Positions 12,901-25,257 of a DNA stretch of 64,000 bases are shown in pieces. The stretch's first letter is position 1. The number at the start of each line of letters is the position of its first letter. The notes beneath the pieces are model-generated. The model saw only the letters and a program-made list of their open reading frames with translations. It did not search any database and had not been told where the DNA came from. The position numbers and the translations under genes were made by a program. Source of the DNA: Macrostomum lignano (taxonomy: Eukaryota); the NCBI GenBank assembly GCA_002269645.1, contig NIVC01001528.1, forward strand, positions 1 through 64,000, given 5' to 3'.

Positions 12901-15705
12901 CATCACCTCAACCAGGCTCAATTTCTTTTGTAGAATTTTCGTGCGCTGCTTAACTGCATCTTGTGCCTGCTGAGTGATGCCAAGAATTGTGCCACACAAT
13001 AATTTGGCCCATAAACTACTCGTATATTATACATATGTATGCACAGCACACACACACGCAGTTCATTCATATTAAATGTACTAGTTAATGGAATTCTCAT
13101 CTCATGAGCTCTAGTCTATGGACAAACCTGAAATTACTAGAATATCTAGATAGATCTAAACTTCTTTGAGCAGCGCGTTGCGCTGCGAGCAAAATACATG
13201 TAGATTCCTTAGCGCAACTAATTAATAGTGTAGTACAGTCTACAGCCTGAAGTAGCCTGTGTAAGATGCGGAGGGATGATTTTTGCATAGGAAGCCACTA
13301 CGGTAAGGTTGATGGAACTATGGGGAGGTGAGAGATTCAAAGCGAGGGACGGAAGCCATGCATAGTTCGATCATAAGTTTGATTATTCCATGAGTCTGGG
13401 GATGCATTAACGAGAGGCGGACGAGAGCATAGAAATAAAGCGGGCTAAATATATTAATACACAAAATTACATGTACTAGCTAGTAATTTCAGAATGGTCA
13501 GCGACTCCTCCGATTTGTATCCGCGACCGCGTGCCCACAAATCCCCCGGCAGACCCTGTCGCAGTTGGTGGTTGTGCACAGAATACAATGTTAATTTTCG
13601 AGCTTCTCTGCAAAAAATGCGTGATGCACTCAAGATGCGTGCTATAGTCTACTTCTTTGATTGATGGCTGGGTTTTGCCTTTTCGCTTGTGATCATCAAA
13701 AGCTTGGGCGTCATTGCTACTGGTGTTTCAGTGTGCGCATTATGTCTGGTTATCATATTATGTGCATGTGCAGTGTCTTTTACCTACATTTTTGTTTGTC
13801 TCTGTTTCCTGCATGCTCTTTCGCATTTTTACACCTCGCACACCCTCATTTTTCTCAATTAACAAGTGAAATCTTTTTTTAAAGACTAACTGCTATTTTA
13901 GTTACGCTAGTAGGTTTTTGGTAATTAAATAATTCAATTTTGTCTATTTTCCAAAAAGTTTCAAAAAATGAATTGATTAAAATAAATTTGAATTATTTTA
14001 AGTTAATTGGAGTAAAATGTCTAATAAGTAACTATAATTTTTTATTTTAAGTACATGCAGCTTTGGTATAAGTATTAATGTAATAAGTACTTAAAGTAAA
14101 ATCAAGCAAGTTATAGTTTTCAGAAATTATGCTACAAATAATCAAATATATACTAGAATCCGAATTCCTTTATTAAGGAACATGCAGTTGATATTAAATC
14201 CACAATGTGCTTTTTGGTGTTCAAGGATAGTTCCCTGACTTTTTCTATTATTAGTTAGATTTTATTATATTTAATGTAAAAATGAACAATTCTATTCACC
14301 GTAAAAATGAACATTCTTTATTTGTCGAATCATCTTGACTTTGAAAAGATACATAGTGAAAACTTGATTTTTAATTCAACTTTTCAAGACTTATTTAGAC
14401 TTCTTAATTCAGTGATTAGTTAAACTGATCGAAGTCCTTTCGAGTGCATGCTATAATAATTTCGCACTTTTTCGCACACGATAATTTTAAATGTCTGGGA
14501 TTTAGAGCAGAGTAACAAAATGCTGTGCTCAAAAACATTTCCTTTGTCAATTTCTTGTTCTTTTATTTTTGCAAAAGAAATTTAACTGCATATTTAAAAT
14601 AAAAATAGAAGAAAATTTTATTTTCTCTTTAATATTTTTGTCGTTTATTTTCCGCAACAAAGAATAACAAATAGCCTTGATTTCTTCTCAATTTCAAGTT
14701 TTCTTGTGGTTTTAGTAGCAGCTTCTTACAGAAATTGTCGAAATAATTTTTTTTGTACGATTATTGGTCGATGTATAAACTTTTTTTGCAATAACAAAAA
14801 GTTGTGACCTAGCTTTGAGAACGACCCTGGTGGTCGTCACGTCGGACTGGCAGTTTCAGCAATTTAAAAAGTTTACTTGTTGAAACAAATTTAAAGCGTT
14901 TTGTGCTTGTTTATTAGAATATTTTAGTATTATGCGCCATAATTAAGCTTTTAAGCTAGATTAATTTTTTAAAGTTCCACTAACTGATCACAAAAATACT
15001 GAAGTATGTTTGTATTAGAAAGCGGACCTGTTTAAAATGTGTGAAACAATTGAAAAAAACAACTCATAATGCAGAAAGAACAATATTAATAGTTATTATG
15101 TTTTGAAACTGGGTGTGTCAGTGAAGAGAAATGTATGCTTAATAAATAAATATGATTATTTTTACCATATATAGTAGCAGCCTTTAAAGTTTAATTTCTC
15201 ATTGATATTTTTCAACTAAGTATTCGCGCAAATCAAATCATGAAGTTACTACTACTAGTTCTATTCTAATATATTAACTAAGTAGTTTCTTTTTCAAAGA
15301 GCATTTTTATTAAAGTAAATTGGCCTGCTTGGTATAAAAACTAGGTATTGGCTTTAATAAGGGGCAACCAATGGGCAAAGGGGTCAGCTGAGCCAACCCC
15401 CATAGCACCCCTTTTTGGGTCTTCAACACTGGAATCCCCCCTCAATGAATTTCTGGTTGTGCCAGTGGCTTAAATCCAAATAAATTTAAAGCTAAATAAA
15501 AAGACGATAAACTGAGAAATAAATCATAAGATCAGGTTTAACTCTAATCAACTGTTTGAAATTTAAAAAATATCAAATTTTTAGAAGAGATAAGTTTGAC
15601 TTAATTGTAAGATGCAATGAAATGCAATACCTGGAACTGTCTACTATTTATTTTTTCCTTTTCAGGCAGAAGATTAGAACAAGGTACACCTTGGCTCTGA
15701 AGTCC

Positions 15706-18700
15706 ATGAAAGCGCAACCAGAAAGCACAACTCAGCAGACTTCTCAGCCAGACAAACAGTCAAAACAGTAAGTCTGGCCTTTGATAAAATTTTAAAGTTT
15801 TAAGCCCAATGCAAAAGCATAATTTCGAATACCCCATCAGGTGGCGAACCAGTTCAGCGCCTCTTCCAGCTGAGCAGCCCGCGGCGCCGCAGCTGCTGCT
15901 GAGCCTCGCCGCCGATGCCAGCCAGGCTGATCGGCTCCGCAGTCTGCTGCTCGAGACACCCCAGGCTGAGCTTCAGTCAACTAGCGAGCCGGACACCGGG
16001 CACTCGCCATTGATCAAAGCCGCTCTGCATGGCAACTCGACTGCCGTGCGCCTGCTGGTGAGCAGCGGCGCCAACTTGACTGCCGTGAGCGTCGGCGGTC
16101 ACACTGCCCTGCACCTCAGCGCCATGCGCGGCGACTGCGACTCGGTGCGTTGCCTGCTCGACGCCGGCGCCCAGCCGACGGTCTTGAATTCGGCCGGCAA
16201 GTCGCCGCTGGACTTGGCCTCTAGCGAGGAAGTCCGGCGCCTGCTTGGCGCTGCTGCGGGCTCAAACAACAGCGGCAGCAATGCTGCTACGGTATCGGCT
16301 GCAAATCAGGTGAGATGTCGTTCCTGCCTGCCTACTTGTTAGTAGGAAGTCGCAGGAATCCACCTAACACTAAAAATGAAATTGAGAAGACAGAGTAAGC
16401 ATCTCTGCATGCCTGTTCGAGTACGATAACAATTCCTAATGTAAGGTCGAGCCTTTGCAACTGTTTCTTCCTTATTAGAGGCAAGGGGCTGTGTGCACCC
16501 TAGCGCACTTTAAGCGAAATTGTCACGCAACCGGCGAGAGGCATTACTGCCGATTCCTTTGACTCCCCTGAGCAGGCACACAAGCGCGCGGATACGTACG
16601 CAGTCATACACACAGGCACACACTCACACAGGAGTGTACAGCGACCGTAACTTTATTTCTCGTTAGGCATGTACACTTCACTGTGCCTCGGGGGTTGGCC
16701 CTCAAGGGCGTTAATTGCACGAGCAGAGCCAAGCCGAGAATCCAATTTAGCCCCAAATTAATGTGACTGCACTTGGAATCGAGCCTGGGCCGCTGGCACA
16801 TCAGAGCATTGCGCTGGACCTGGAGCTACAGCCCCGAAACTTGGCCTGTGAAATTTGCCAACTGGTATTTTTTGCCAGCAATGCCCCAATTTTCTGACGT
16901 GAAGCTAAAATCAACTGTTCCCACTTGTAATAAAATAAACCATTGTTTGCATGAAATTCAGCTGAAAGTCGTACCTAGGAATGCAGTCTATAACTTAATA
17001 GACTTAACAAAAGATATCATTGCGCTGGTTTTAAGAATGCATAAACTTTTGTTTCTGAGGAAAAATCTCGTTGGAAAATGGCACTCTGCAAACCCTAAAC
17101 GACCAAAATGAATGTCCCAGCTCCAACATGTCACTTACCCTACAGTTGCCATCCGACCCGCCATGTCACTTACCCTACAGTTGCCATCCGACCCGCCTGC
17201 TACTGCTGGAGAAATTGCGTCATCATCAAGCGAGCACTCAGCTTCCGCCTCCACCTCCGCCGCCTCCTCTGCCGCAACCTCGATGCCCGCCGCCATCTCC
17301 GGCCCCAAGAAGCTGCCTCGCTGTGGTCCCGTCGCGGGACACCCAGACACGGCAGCCACGCAGCAAGCGGCAGAGCACCGAGCCGCCGTGAAAGACTTTC
17401 TGCAGAAGAGGCGCAAAAACGGAGCGACAAAATCGCCACTAAAAAAGCCGGCGGAGAAGTCAAAAATTGCGCCGAGTCCAGAGTCGAGTTCGGCTCTGCT
17501 GGGTAGCAACGCTGTGGCAACGGGAGTTGAAAGGTGAATATGCCTGAATGGTAAATATCCTCTGTAATTTAAACTGTTATTTAAAATCCTCTCTGCCTCC
17601 ATTAGCGAGCGAATAGAGGCAAGCGTCCACGAAAGAATTGCCACTATATTACTTTTATCGGTTATCCTAGCATTTTTGTCAGGCACAGATTTGTTGCGAC
17701 TTTTCTGTCTCTTTCAACGTAACTCTCGAAGATTTAAACTGCTTTGGAATTATTAGAGTAGTTGGTCGACACTCAACACGTGTGATTTCCTTAAATAGGT
17801 CGATTGCGCAGAACGCTACAAGCAACAAAGACCTCCAATCATCAAACAAAAGCAACAACAAAGACCTCAAACCATCATACGAAAGTCACAACAAAGACCT
17901 CAAACCATCAGACGAAAGCAGCAACAAAGACCTCAAACCATCAGGTGACAGTAGCAATAAAGACCTCAAACCATCAGACGAAAGTCACAACAAAGACCTC
18001 AAACCATCAGGCGCAAGCAGCAACAAAGACCTCAAACCATCAGACGAAAGCAGCAACAAAGACCTCAAACCATCAGACGAAAGCAGCAACAAAGACCTCA
18101 AACCATCAGGCGACAGCAGCAACAAAGACCTCAAACCATCAGAGGAAAGCAGCAACAAAGACCTCAAACCATCAGACGAAAGTCACAACAAAGACCTCAA
18201 ACCATCAGACGAAAGCAGCAACAAAGACCTCAAACCATCAAGCGACAGTAGCAACAAAGATCTGGCCAGCAGCGACTCACTGCTGCAGTGGCGCCAGGGT
18301 CCCCTGCTGGGCCGCGGCAGCTACGGCAGCGTACACCAGGGCCTCACCGACTGCGGTCGCATCATCGCTGTCAAACGAGTCTTTGTCGACTGCGCAGCCG
18401 AGCTCCGCCGAATCCGGCGAGAAGTGGACATCCTGAGCTGCATGAGCCATCCGAACATCGTACAGTTGTTCGGCACCCGAGAGTCTGACGGAGAATTTCA
18501 CATCGCCATGGAGCTGGTGCCTGGCGGCAGCATCCGCAGTCTGCTGGACCGCTTCGGCGCCCTGACCGAGCGGCAGTGCCGCGGCTACCTGGGCCAGGCA
18601 GTCAGCGGGCTGGCCTTCCTGCACCAGAACGGCATCCTGCACGGAGACATCAAGGTAAGAAGATCCGGGTCTTTCTTCGAGTTACAAATGTGTCATTTAA

Positions 18701-19643
18701 ACTAATCATAGAAAAGTGTTGAGCAGAATTTTCCATTTATTTTATATATTATTCAATTTATTATTTACAACGGTAACTTCTAGTGGTCCTTGACACAAAA
18801 TTCGTTATACTCGTAGTGCTTATTAAACTGTTATGACATTTCAAGTTCTTACATGTCATCGCAACACTATCACCATAAACCTGGTTTCTATCCGTGACTC
18901 TGTAACTCAGGTGTCCATGGGGTGTGTCCATTAGCTTTTTACTACTGCTAACTAGTTTTAAATAGTAATTAATAAAACAGGTTTCCCCCGGTTTTACAGT
19001 AGCATATTGTTGCATCCTTGGAAGATTTTGGCAGTCTGAGAATTGAGTAGCGCTCAGGGGGTCAGCGGAATGGGTCTGACTGATGCCTCCTCGCTGGCTG
19101 CGGGCTGACTGTCGCCCTGATTTACAGCTCCCAGCACACCCGCAGGGCCACAACATCATGGTGTCGGACGCGGGTGTTGTCAAACTGATCGACTTCGGCT
19201 GCTCCCGCCGGCTGCACCAACACCTTGGCGGCGGCAGCGGGGGCGGTGATCAACCCCCGGCTCTGGCAGCCGCCGCCTCGTTGGACGCGGCCTCGCTGAA
19301 CGGCACGCCCTACTGGATGGCCCCGGAGCTCGTGCTTGCGTTCGGCGGCGGCGCTGCAACCGCTGCTGCCAGAGACGGCGACGGTCAGCAGCTGAAGTCG
19401 GACTGCTGGTCCATCGGCTGCACGCTGCTCGAGATGGCCACCACGCTGCCGCCCTACTCGGACATGCCGCCCCTGGCCGCCGTGTTCGCCATCGGTCGCG
19501 GCTCGCCGGAGCCTCCGGCTCTGCCGCAGGGCTTCTCAGAACCGGCGGCCGAGTTCTACGCGACCTGCCTGCGGCGCGAGCCGGCGAGCCGCCCCACTGC
19601 CCAGGAGCTGCTGCGGCACGAATTCCTGCTGGCGTCGCCTTGA
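15706..19643 (+). CDS. Ankyrin-repeat + STE11-family Ser/Thr kinase (MAP3K19/YSK4-like), 745 aa; join(15706..15767,15841..16309,17181..17533,17799..18654,19146..19643)
   Basis: All four introns are GT-AG with matching phases (2,0,2,0). Ankyrin motifs GHSPLIKAA...GHTALHLSA...GKSPLDLA. Kinase motifs WRQGPLLGRGSYGSV, IIAVKRV, HPNIV, HGDIK/GHN, KLIDFGC, GTPYWMAPE, SDCWSIGCT..EMAT, RPTAQELLRHEFL resemble MAP3K19. The 5' end is uncertain: there is an acceptor at 15665 and the frame is open upstream of the ATG. Confidence 0.85.
16476..16835 (-). mobile_element. tRNA-derived SINE, family A, copy 1 (in kinase intron 2)
   Basis: Minus-strand head ggggctgtagctccagg...ggctcgattcc (A/B-box-like). The ~300-bp body is shared with 27826-28160, 36536-36776 and 45158-45511. 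Confidence 0.8.
17815..18265 (+). repeat. Coding 33-bp tandem repeat (SNKDLKPSDES, 11 aa), ~13 copies, in kinase exon 4
   Basis: agcaacaaagacctcaaaccatcagacgaaagc units, in frame with the kinase domain. Confidence 0.92.
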
Positions 19644-19817
19644 GACATCTTCGAAGTCGAAGGACACGGTGAACTTGGCACAGAGAGCTGTTCGCTGAAG
19701 TTTCTACGAGTCTTTGAAAAAAAGTCAAAATTTACTTTGGGTATCAGGTGTTTTTAATTAGCTGCTCCAATGCACTTCAGAATTATAATTACTTTGGCAC
19801 CTCAAGAAAGCAAGTAG

Positions 19818-20372
19818 GCGGCGCCCCTAGCACCCACATCGGCGCCCCCAGCACCCACATCGGCGCCCCCAGCACCCACATCGGTGCCCCCTGCACCCAC
19901 ATCGGCGCCCCTAGCACCCACATCGGCGCCCCCAGCACCCACATCGGCGCCCCCAGCACCCACATCGGTGCCCCCTGCACCCACATCGGCGCCCCTAGCA
20001 CCCACATCGGTGCCCCCTGCACCCACATCGGCGCCCCTAGCACCCACATCGGTGCCCCCTGCACCCACATCGGCGCCCCTAGCACCCACATCGGTGCCCC
20101 CAGCACCCACATCGGTGCCCCCTGCACCCACATCGGCGCCCCTAGCACCCACATCGGTGCCCCCAGCACCCACATCGGCGCCCCTAGCACCCACATCGGT
20201 GCCCCCTGCACCCACATCGGCGCCCCTAGCACCCACATCGGTGCCCCCAGCACCCACATCGGTGCCCCCAGCACCCACATCGGTGCCCCCTGCACCCACA
20301 TCGGCGCCCCTAGCACCCACATCGGTGCCCCCAGCACCCACATCGGCGCCCCTAGCACCCACATCGGCGCCT
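19818..20372. repeat. 21-bp minisatellite (ggcgcccc(c/t)agcacccacatc), ~26 copies
   Basis: Tandem array ~170 bp downstream of the kinase stop codon. Confidence 0.96.
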
Positions 20373-21082
20373 CTGTCAACATTTTTCGGGAGCAGGCTTG
20401 CTTGCTGAGGTTTTGTGCCTTCTTGGGCGGACGTTGTATTTTTTGTTTTTTTTCTTGACATAAAGCTTACTAAAGTGGTGAAAAGTTTCGAATTAATTTT
20501 AGTTGTAAAAATAAGTTTTTTTATTAAGGAGTTTCTTTATTAGTTTTGAGCACTATTAATAAAAAATCATATATTTTCACACTACTGCTGTACTAATTTC
20601 TTAAACAGTTTCAGACTTCTTGATATGCTAGGCCATGACTTCTGACGCATCATCATTGACATCATTATTTGTTTGTTAACATTGCATTTTTGCGCAAATA
20701 TACTTCTTGTCAAATTTATACTGAGTGGTTATTTATCTGTCCTAAAATCAACTCAGACATCTTTGTTAAACGTTTCGAATTTTTCAATTGTCTTTGCTGA
20801 TAATAGTAAGTACATTAGCATAATTTCTTCTTGAGACTCTTCGTCGATGCTTGAGAAGCAAGTCTCACTTTTGCTTTCCAAAAAATTCGGCACAGGTTCG
20901 GCCGTAGACAAAACTGAATTGAGGTCATTTGCGCGCTGGGAACCGCATTAGTTCATCCTACTGCATTCGCAGCTGGCTCACTCTAATCAAATAAGGTACT
21001 CAGTTGTTCAGCTCAAATTTATAACTTCTCACTTTATTGGAAGCACCACACCTTTGGCTGCTCAAAAGACCCCGTGCGCGGC

Positions 21083-22325
21083 ATGGCAACTTCGTCACCC
21101 AGCGGATCCGACAGCGGCCCGGCCGGCCTGGCCGAAGGCTTCGATCTGTCCGGCCTGTCCTCGGCTGTCCTCGGCCACCTGGAGCAGGCGATGTCGCCGA
21201 TCCTGGAGACTGTGGTCCGCGACCAGGTGCACCGCAGTTTGCACCGCATTGAGCGCCACCTGACCAGGCGGGACCCGGCCGCCATGCAGAAGTTGTTCGA
21301 CGCCTACTCGGCCGGGACCTTCGCCGACCCGCGCAACACCAACCAGAACGCTCAGGTTGGACCGACGCGCTTCCTGGCGCTGCCGCCACAGCAGTTGCAG
21401 CAACTTGAGCAGCAGAAGCAGGAAGAGCCTGTAGTGTTTAATTACAACCAGACCCGGATGGAGCAGGACCACATTGACCTGCGCGTGGTTGGTAAGCTGG
21501 TCTTACATTCAGCTTACTAGCTTACAATTGAAGAAAACCCAGGAACTGAGACAGAGTCGCCCTCCTCTCCAGACTGGTTTTCCAGAAGCCTCAAAACGAC
21601 CCCTCAAACCCACAGAGCACCTCAAGATTCCGCAGGGCATCGCTCTGCGCAGTCTGATCGTGCCCCAGCCTCCGGACGCTCTGTTCACAGAAGACTACCC
21701 GGACATGCCGATAGAGGAGATTCTACAGCAGCAGCAGGGCTTTGAATGGCTCGATACGAACGTCAGCAACGCCGAGCAGTGCTCTCGGCGAGCGATGTCC
21801 CGAGAGATAGTGAAGCAGAGCCTTGACGACTGGGTGTTCCTTTACTTCCGAGTGCAGAAGCGCAACTGGGAGAGCACGGTAGTCGAGGAGAAGAAGAACG
21901 CGCCGGACGTGAACATGTACGCGGAGGATCAGGTGCACAAATGGACTCTGAAACTGCGCTTCAAAATGCTGCGCCTAGCGCCCATCAAGATGGCCCTGAA
22001 CGCATTCCTGTCCAGAATGGGGCTGGAGAGCAACCCCAACATCATTTTCTGCCGGGACGGCTTCTACGGCCTCATGGACGTCGGCAACATCTACGGCGAG
22101 CTCAACAAGACGCCCTGCGCTATGATCAGCTTCAACTCGACGCCGAAGTACCTCGGCTTGAAGAACGGCGACGGCATCTTTGTGAACTCGGTGACCGGCA
22201 CCCAGCGCCAGATGATGGAGGACGTGCCGCGGCAGGAGGGGCCAAAGAAGAAGGCCAAGGACCAAGGCGAGGGCGAGGGCGAAGAGGGCGAGTTCGAGTT
22301 TGTGGAGGAGGGTGATGAGGAATGA
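21083..22325 (+). CDS. Uncharacterised protein with C-terminal SUMO/ubiquitin-like fold and acidic tail; join(21083..21491, 21586 or 21616..22325)
   Basis: Two GC-rich ORFs joined by a phase-1 intron (g|gtaag at 21492; phase-compatible acceptors ttttccag 21585 or cccacag 21615). LRFKMLRLAPIKMALNAFLSRMGL...TPKYLGLKNGDGIFV aligns by eye to SUMO1 [24 protein letters not shown]...TPKELGMEEEDVIEV. AATAAA near 22625. Confidence 0.7.
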
Positions 22326-23716
22326 GAGGAGCTGAACATTTGATCGATTGGCTCGCCGCTGCCCGATGTTTTGCTTTATTTATTCTCCCACTTCCAAGCT
22401 TTTTTCTACATTTTTATTTGTAATTTCTTTCGAAAAATCTCAAGGAAAAAAAGAAAAGCATTTTGTTAAAAGAGAATTTTCGTCGCCGGATGTGATTTCC
22501 ATAATTTTCTTTGCCTGCCGTTGCCACCCCGCCCCCACTCGAGCTCAGAAGTCGTGCGCTGTACTTGCTAAGTAAAACAACTTCAGGCAGAGCTCCCCCC
22601 GTCTCCGTAGCTTGTACGAAAAAAATAAAACCAGCAGACAGCGGTCTCAACTTGAGGAGGAATCGTTACACTACAATATAACTACTTTTTAGTCAGAGAC
22701 TCGTTTGACAGAATCAGCATTTGCTAAAATGAAAAGCGCGGTCTGCCAGCCAGCCCTAGCTCTCGCTTGCATCATCAAAGATGCTATTTTTAAGACAATC
22801 GTTTGTCTACAGCTCACAGCTGTCAATCTTGACCAGTCAATCCATTCAACACAATGGCAATGCGCTGAATGAATCCAGCATCTCGAATGCGCTCACATCG
22901 AACTCTTCCTTCCTCAACTGAGCTCCCAGTTGCGCTACACTCGCTGCCGATCAAGCCAACCCCCCCCCCCAACTGTTAGCCACAACTTTGACTTCCTGGA
23001 CCACCGCACCGGGCTGTCTCATTGTATCCGGCAGTTGTCTCAGTTTCCTGAGTCTCGCTATTCATCTCTCTCTTAGTGTGCCCGCCCCTCCCCATCTCCC
23101 TGCTTCAATACAAGCATTCATCGGCTGCTTCCATTAAGTTTGCAAACAACCGATGGAGTAAAAATTCACCTGCCCCTCCCCCCAAGCTTTAAGTCAACAG
23201 CTGTAAACAGTTTTTGTTGTCAAGACGACCGAGTAGATAGTGTGAAACTGTGTATTCTGGCAAGCCGCAAGAAAATTCCTGTCCAACCTGTCCAATAGCA
23301 ACATCTTTTTCTGGAGATTTCTAAAGAAAATGTCTGCTTAGCGAGTTGAGCCACAGGTCAGTTGGCTGGGCCTGGATAATAGTGGTTTCTGTATATCATT
23401 CTATTCGAAATTCGGACGTTGCTGAGAGAGCAGGCACTTTCGGTTAAGACAGTTGGTATTTTTATGGCTCTCAAGGCAATGGCCGAGCCGCTCTCTGTAG
23501 GGGGCCTGCTGGAACTCAACATCCGTAGCTTCACTTGGTTTCGTATACAGCTTAACAATGACCGCCCCGTGTTGCTCGGAGTCACAGCAGTCATGCAGAG
23601 AACTTCGCTGTTTTTCGCGCGCGCTTCAGCTTCCTGAAGGCGATCCGCAGATTCTGGAAATTTCGAGCCACTATAGCCGTGTCAGCCGTGGAAGCTAAGC
23701 CGGTTGTGCCTTGCTG

Positions 23717-23730
23717 GTTACCATGGCAAC
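23717..23730. promoter_or_regulatory. RFX X-box (GTTACCATGGCAAC) upstream of WSC-PAN copy 1
   Basis: Exact match to the RFX consensus GTNRCC-N0-3-RGYAAC, ~235 bp before the ATG. TATA-like catataat near 23853. Confidence 0.65.
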
Positions 23731-23965
23731 TAACCAGTCTTAGCAGCTCGCCAGCCTGCCTCGGGAGAGTTATAGTGTTACTAAGCCCGCAACCAATGAA
23801 AATTCATCTGCGTCACATCAATTCATACCATTGTTTCTTGTGACGAATTTCGCATATAATACACATCCCCCTGAGAGGTATCTTGGCTTGCCTGCAAATC
23901 TAGTCAAAGGGTGTCCAGCAGCCTTCAGTCTCCATCCAGCTTACTGTAACCGCCAGTGCGCCAGC

Positions 23966-24719
23966 ATGCAGCGCTCCGTGCACCTGATTGCCCTCCTATC
24001 CGTGCCTCTGGCTCTGCTGTTCCTGGTGGCGATGAGTCAGCCAAGTGTGCTGCATCACGGATACATCGGCTGCTTTGTTGACAGCAACAGCAATAGAGAT
24101 TTGAAAGGCCTGACTGGGTTAAAGACCATTGGTCCTTTCACTGATAAGATTGAGTTGGCCTACTTTTACAATGGATACACCGTCACCATCGAGAGCTGCA
24201 GCAGCCTCTGCGCCCTGGGCAGATTTCGCTACTTCGGTCTGCAGGCAAGCGCCTTCTGCTTCTGCGGCAACAGCTACGGACTGCACGGAGCCGCTTCATC
24301 AGATTCTGAGTGTAACACAAACTGCTATGGAAACAGCAGCCAGATTTGCGGCGGCCACGATAGAAACTCCATTTATGAGAACTTCTATGCGCCCGGTAAG
24401 AAAAATTTCCTGGTCATTTAGCTAAAGATTCCTGCATCTACATTTTCTCAATTTGTGCTGCTGCTCAGAGACCGGCCTCTTCAAGCGCGTGGCCTCAACC
24501 AAGTCGATGCTCACCACCGCGCCCGGACAGCCAGAGAACAGCACCTACTGGAGCCAGGAGGCCACGGGAGTCTTCGAGTGCGCCGCCGCCTGCCACCGCA
24601 GCCCGGACTGCCTCGCCTGCGCCTTCGTGCAGTCCAGCCGGATGTGTCGCCTCCTGAGATTCGCCGCTGTGCCCGGCGAGGTCGCCAGCGAGGCCCAGTG
24701 GGTCTGGGTGAAGCCGTGA
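23966..24719 (+). CDS. Secreted WSC + PAN/apple-like protein, copy 1, 226 aa; join(23966..24395,24469..24719)
   Basis: Hydrophobic signal peptide MQRSVHLIALLSVPLALLFLVAMS. WSC pattern YIGCFVD...TIESCSSLC...RYFGLQ...CFCGN...C..NC.GNSSQICGG..RNSIY. 73-bp phase-1 intron. PAN pattern ECAAACHRSPDCLACAF...MCRL. No transmembrane or GPI tail. Confidence 0.9.
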
Positions 24720-25257
24720 GCCTGTCGGTCAATAAAGCAAGCGGAAGCAGGAAGTACGAGCCAAGTGATATTCAACCTGATATTCGGAACCAAGCTTAAC
24801 TTCTCAAAACAGCTGACATACCGTAGGGGATCAGCAATCTAAGTAAAAAAATACAGAACTGTCCTGGTTTCCACCACGCACTTTTACGCCGAATCCTACG
24901 CGCTAAAAGAGAGCAAATAATCCCCCCCCCACGTGATCGCGACCCAAGCAATTACCGAAGTCGCTAAATTTGAAGGCTTTTATGAAGTCTTAAATGAATT
25001 AATGGCTTCGGAAACTTTCTGGGCCTTTATTGCCGCATTGAAAGGATTAAAAGCTTCTTGGTCAAGAAAATTACTTTCGATTTACATGTAGAAGCACTTT
25101 TAAACTAAAACTAAAGAGCTTTATTCACAGTTTTTGTGAATCATTTTCAAATAAAGGTACGATATTTCATATAAAACATGTACATGTATGTATAGATTTT
25201 CCAGGAATATATTCATTCTTGTTAAAAAAAGTATTTTTATTTTTTTTACTTGGGGCT

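Noticed and set aside
12680-12933. GC-balanced segment with short ORFs, possible upstream kinase exon
   Set aside because: No recognisable protein similarity and no convincing phase-compatible splice pair.
19748-20461. Repeat ORFs GAPSTHI / APTSAPP (mucin-like)
   Set aside because: Open in four frames purely because of the 21-bp array.
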